Position numbers and translations under genes: made by a program. Of a stretch of 55,621 nucleotides of DNA, positions 55,288 to 55,621 are shown piece by piece (the first letter of the stretch is position 1; each line of letters starts with the position of its first letter). A model generated the notes under the pieces. It was not told the DNA's origin. It was given only the letters and a program-made list of their open reading frames with translations, and ran no database searches. The stretch is from Candidatus Eiseniibacteriota bacterium (lineage in GTDB: Bacteria; Orphanbacterota; Orphanbacteria; Orphanbacterales; Orphanbacteraceae), in the NCBI GenBank assembly GCA_043809585.1, contig JBDROZ010000115.1, positions 1 through 55,621 of the forward strand, written 5' to 3'.

Positions 55288-55485
55288 CTAGATACTTGAT
55301 CCGGCAAAAAATCGCGAGTGAAAACGCGCGAGAGTACGTCAGATGCTGCAGCGCGGAGCATTCACCAAGCGGAGCATATCCAACGATATGTGAGCATTGG
55401 TGAATGCCGCGCCCTGCGGCAGATGGCGTGCTATCGCGCGAGCGTCAGCGATTGGCACCGGGATTTTTTGTCGGATTAAGGCTAG
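55288..55485. mobile_element. Complete CTAG-flanked MITE-like hairpin element
   Basis: CTAG at 55288 and 55482, TIRs CTTGATCCGGCAAAAAATC / GATTTTTTGTCGGATTAAG, second copy at 1-142. Confidence 0.8.
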
Positions 55486-55621
55486 TGTCCCGAATTAGAA
55501 GTTCGTCACCAGTTTCGCCGCCCCTCACGGTCCCTGGCTTCGTTGCTCTTCCTCGATGTACCTATTGGTACGCCGTCGTCATCGCACCTCGCCAGGAATC
55601 GCGATGATCTGCCGAAATCGA
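55482..55621. mobile_element. Probable further hairpin element starting at the shared CTAG, truncated by the window end
   Basis: CTAG-TGTCCCGAATTAGAAGTTCG.., nested arms CCTGGC/GCCAGG and GTACC/GGTAC. The core CTTCGTTGCTCTTCCTCGA resembles the loop of 41599-41776. Confidence 0.45.

Overview
This window is very GC-rich chromosomal DNA from a diderm bacterium. A PorV-like barrel, two secreted peptidases with C-terminal FlgD-Ig 'PNPFNP' domains and a 'SWGxxK' motif suggest, by inference, an FCB-related candidate lineage such as Eisenbacteria, Krumholzibacteriota or Latescibacterota. About 50 genes can be supported. They include a surface-glycan region (GT39, three GT4, CapA-like, two NDP-sugar SDRs, a nucleotidyltransferase, a CapK/PaaK-like ligase) interleaved with citrate lyase (CitD-CitE fusion plus CitF) and a DASS transporter. 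Also present are two Thr-type sulfatase-like genes plus a three-fragment relic of a third, PPIase, CDF, CsaA, Smr, M14/M1/M3 peptidases, hemerythrin, DDAH, methyltransferases, an orphan PhnD-like protein and a glgD-like/glgC pair. One same-strand run joins hydrogenase maturation genes (protease, hypA, hypB) to an aminoadipate-type aminotransferase, a TPR protein, LKR and a frameshifted saccharopine dehydrogenase. The most unusual signal is non-coding. Nearly every larger intergenic gap is built from a shared kit of dispersed hairpin modules: YTAG-flanked MITE-like elements, GGGGACA...TGTCCCC REP-like palindromes, and a composite element with conserved ends and variable hairpin cargo. No transposase is present in the window. 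No rRNA, tRNA, CRISPR array or integron was recognised. All annotations come from reading motifs by eye, and no database search was run.
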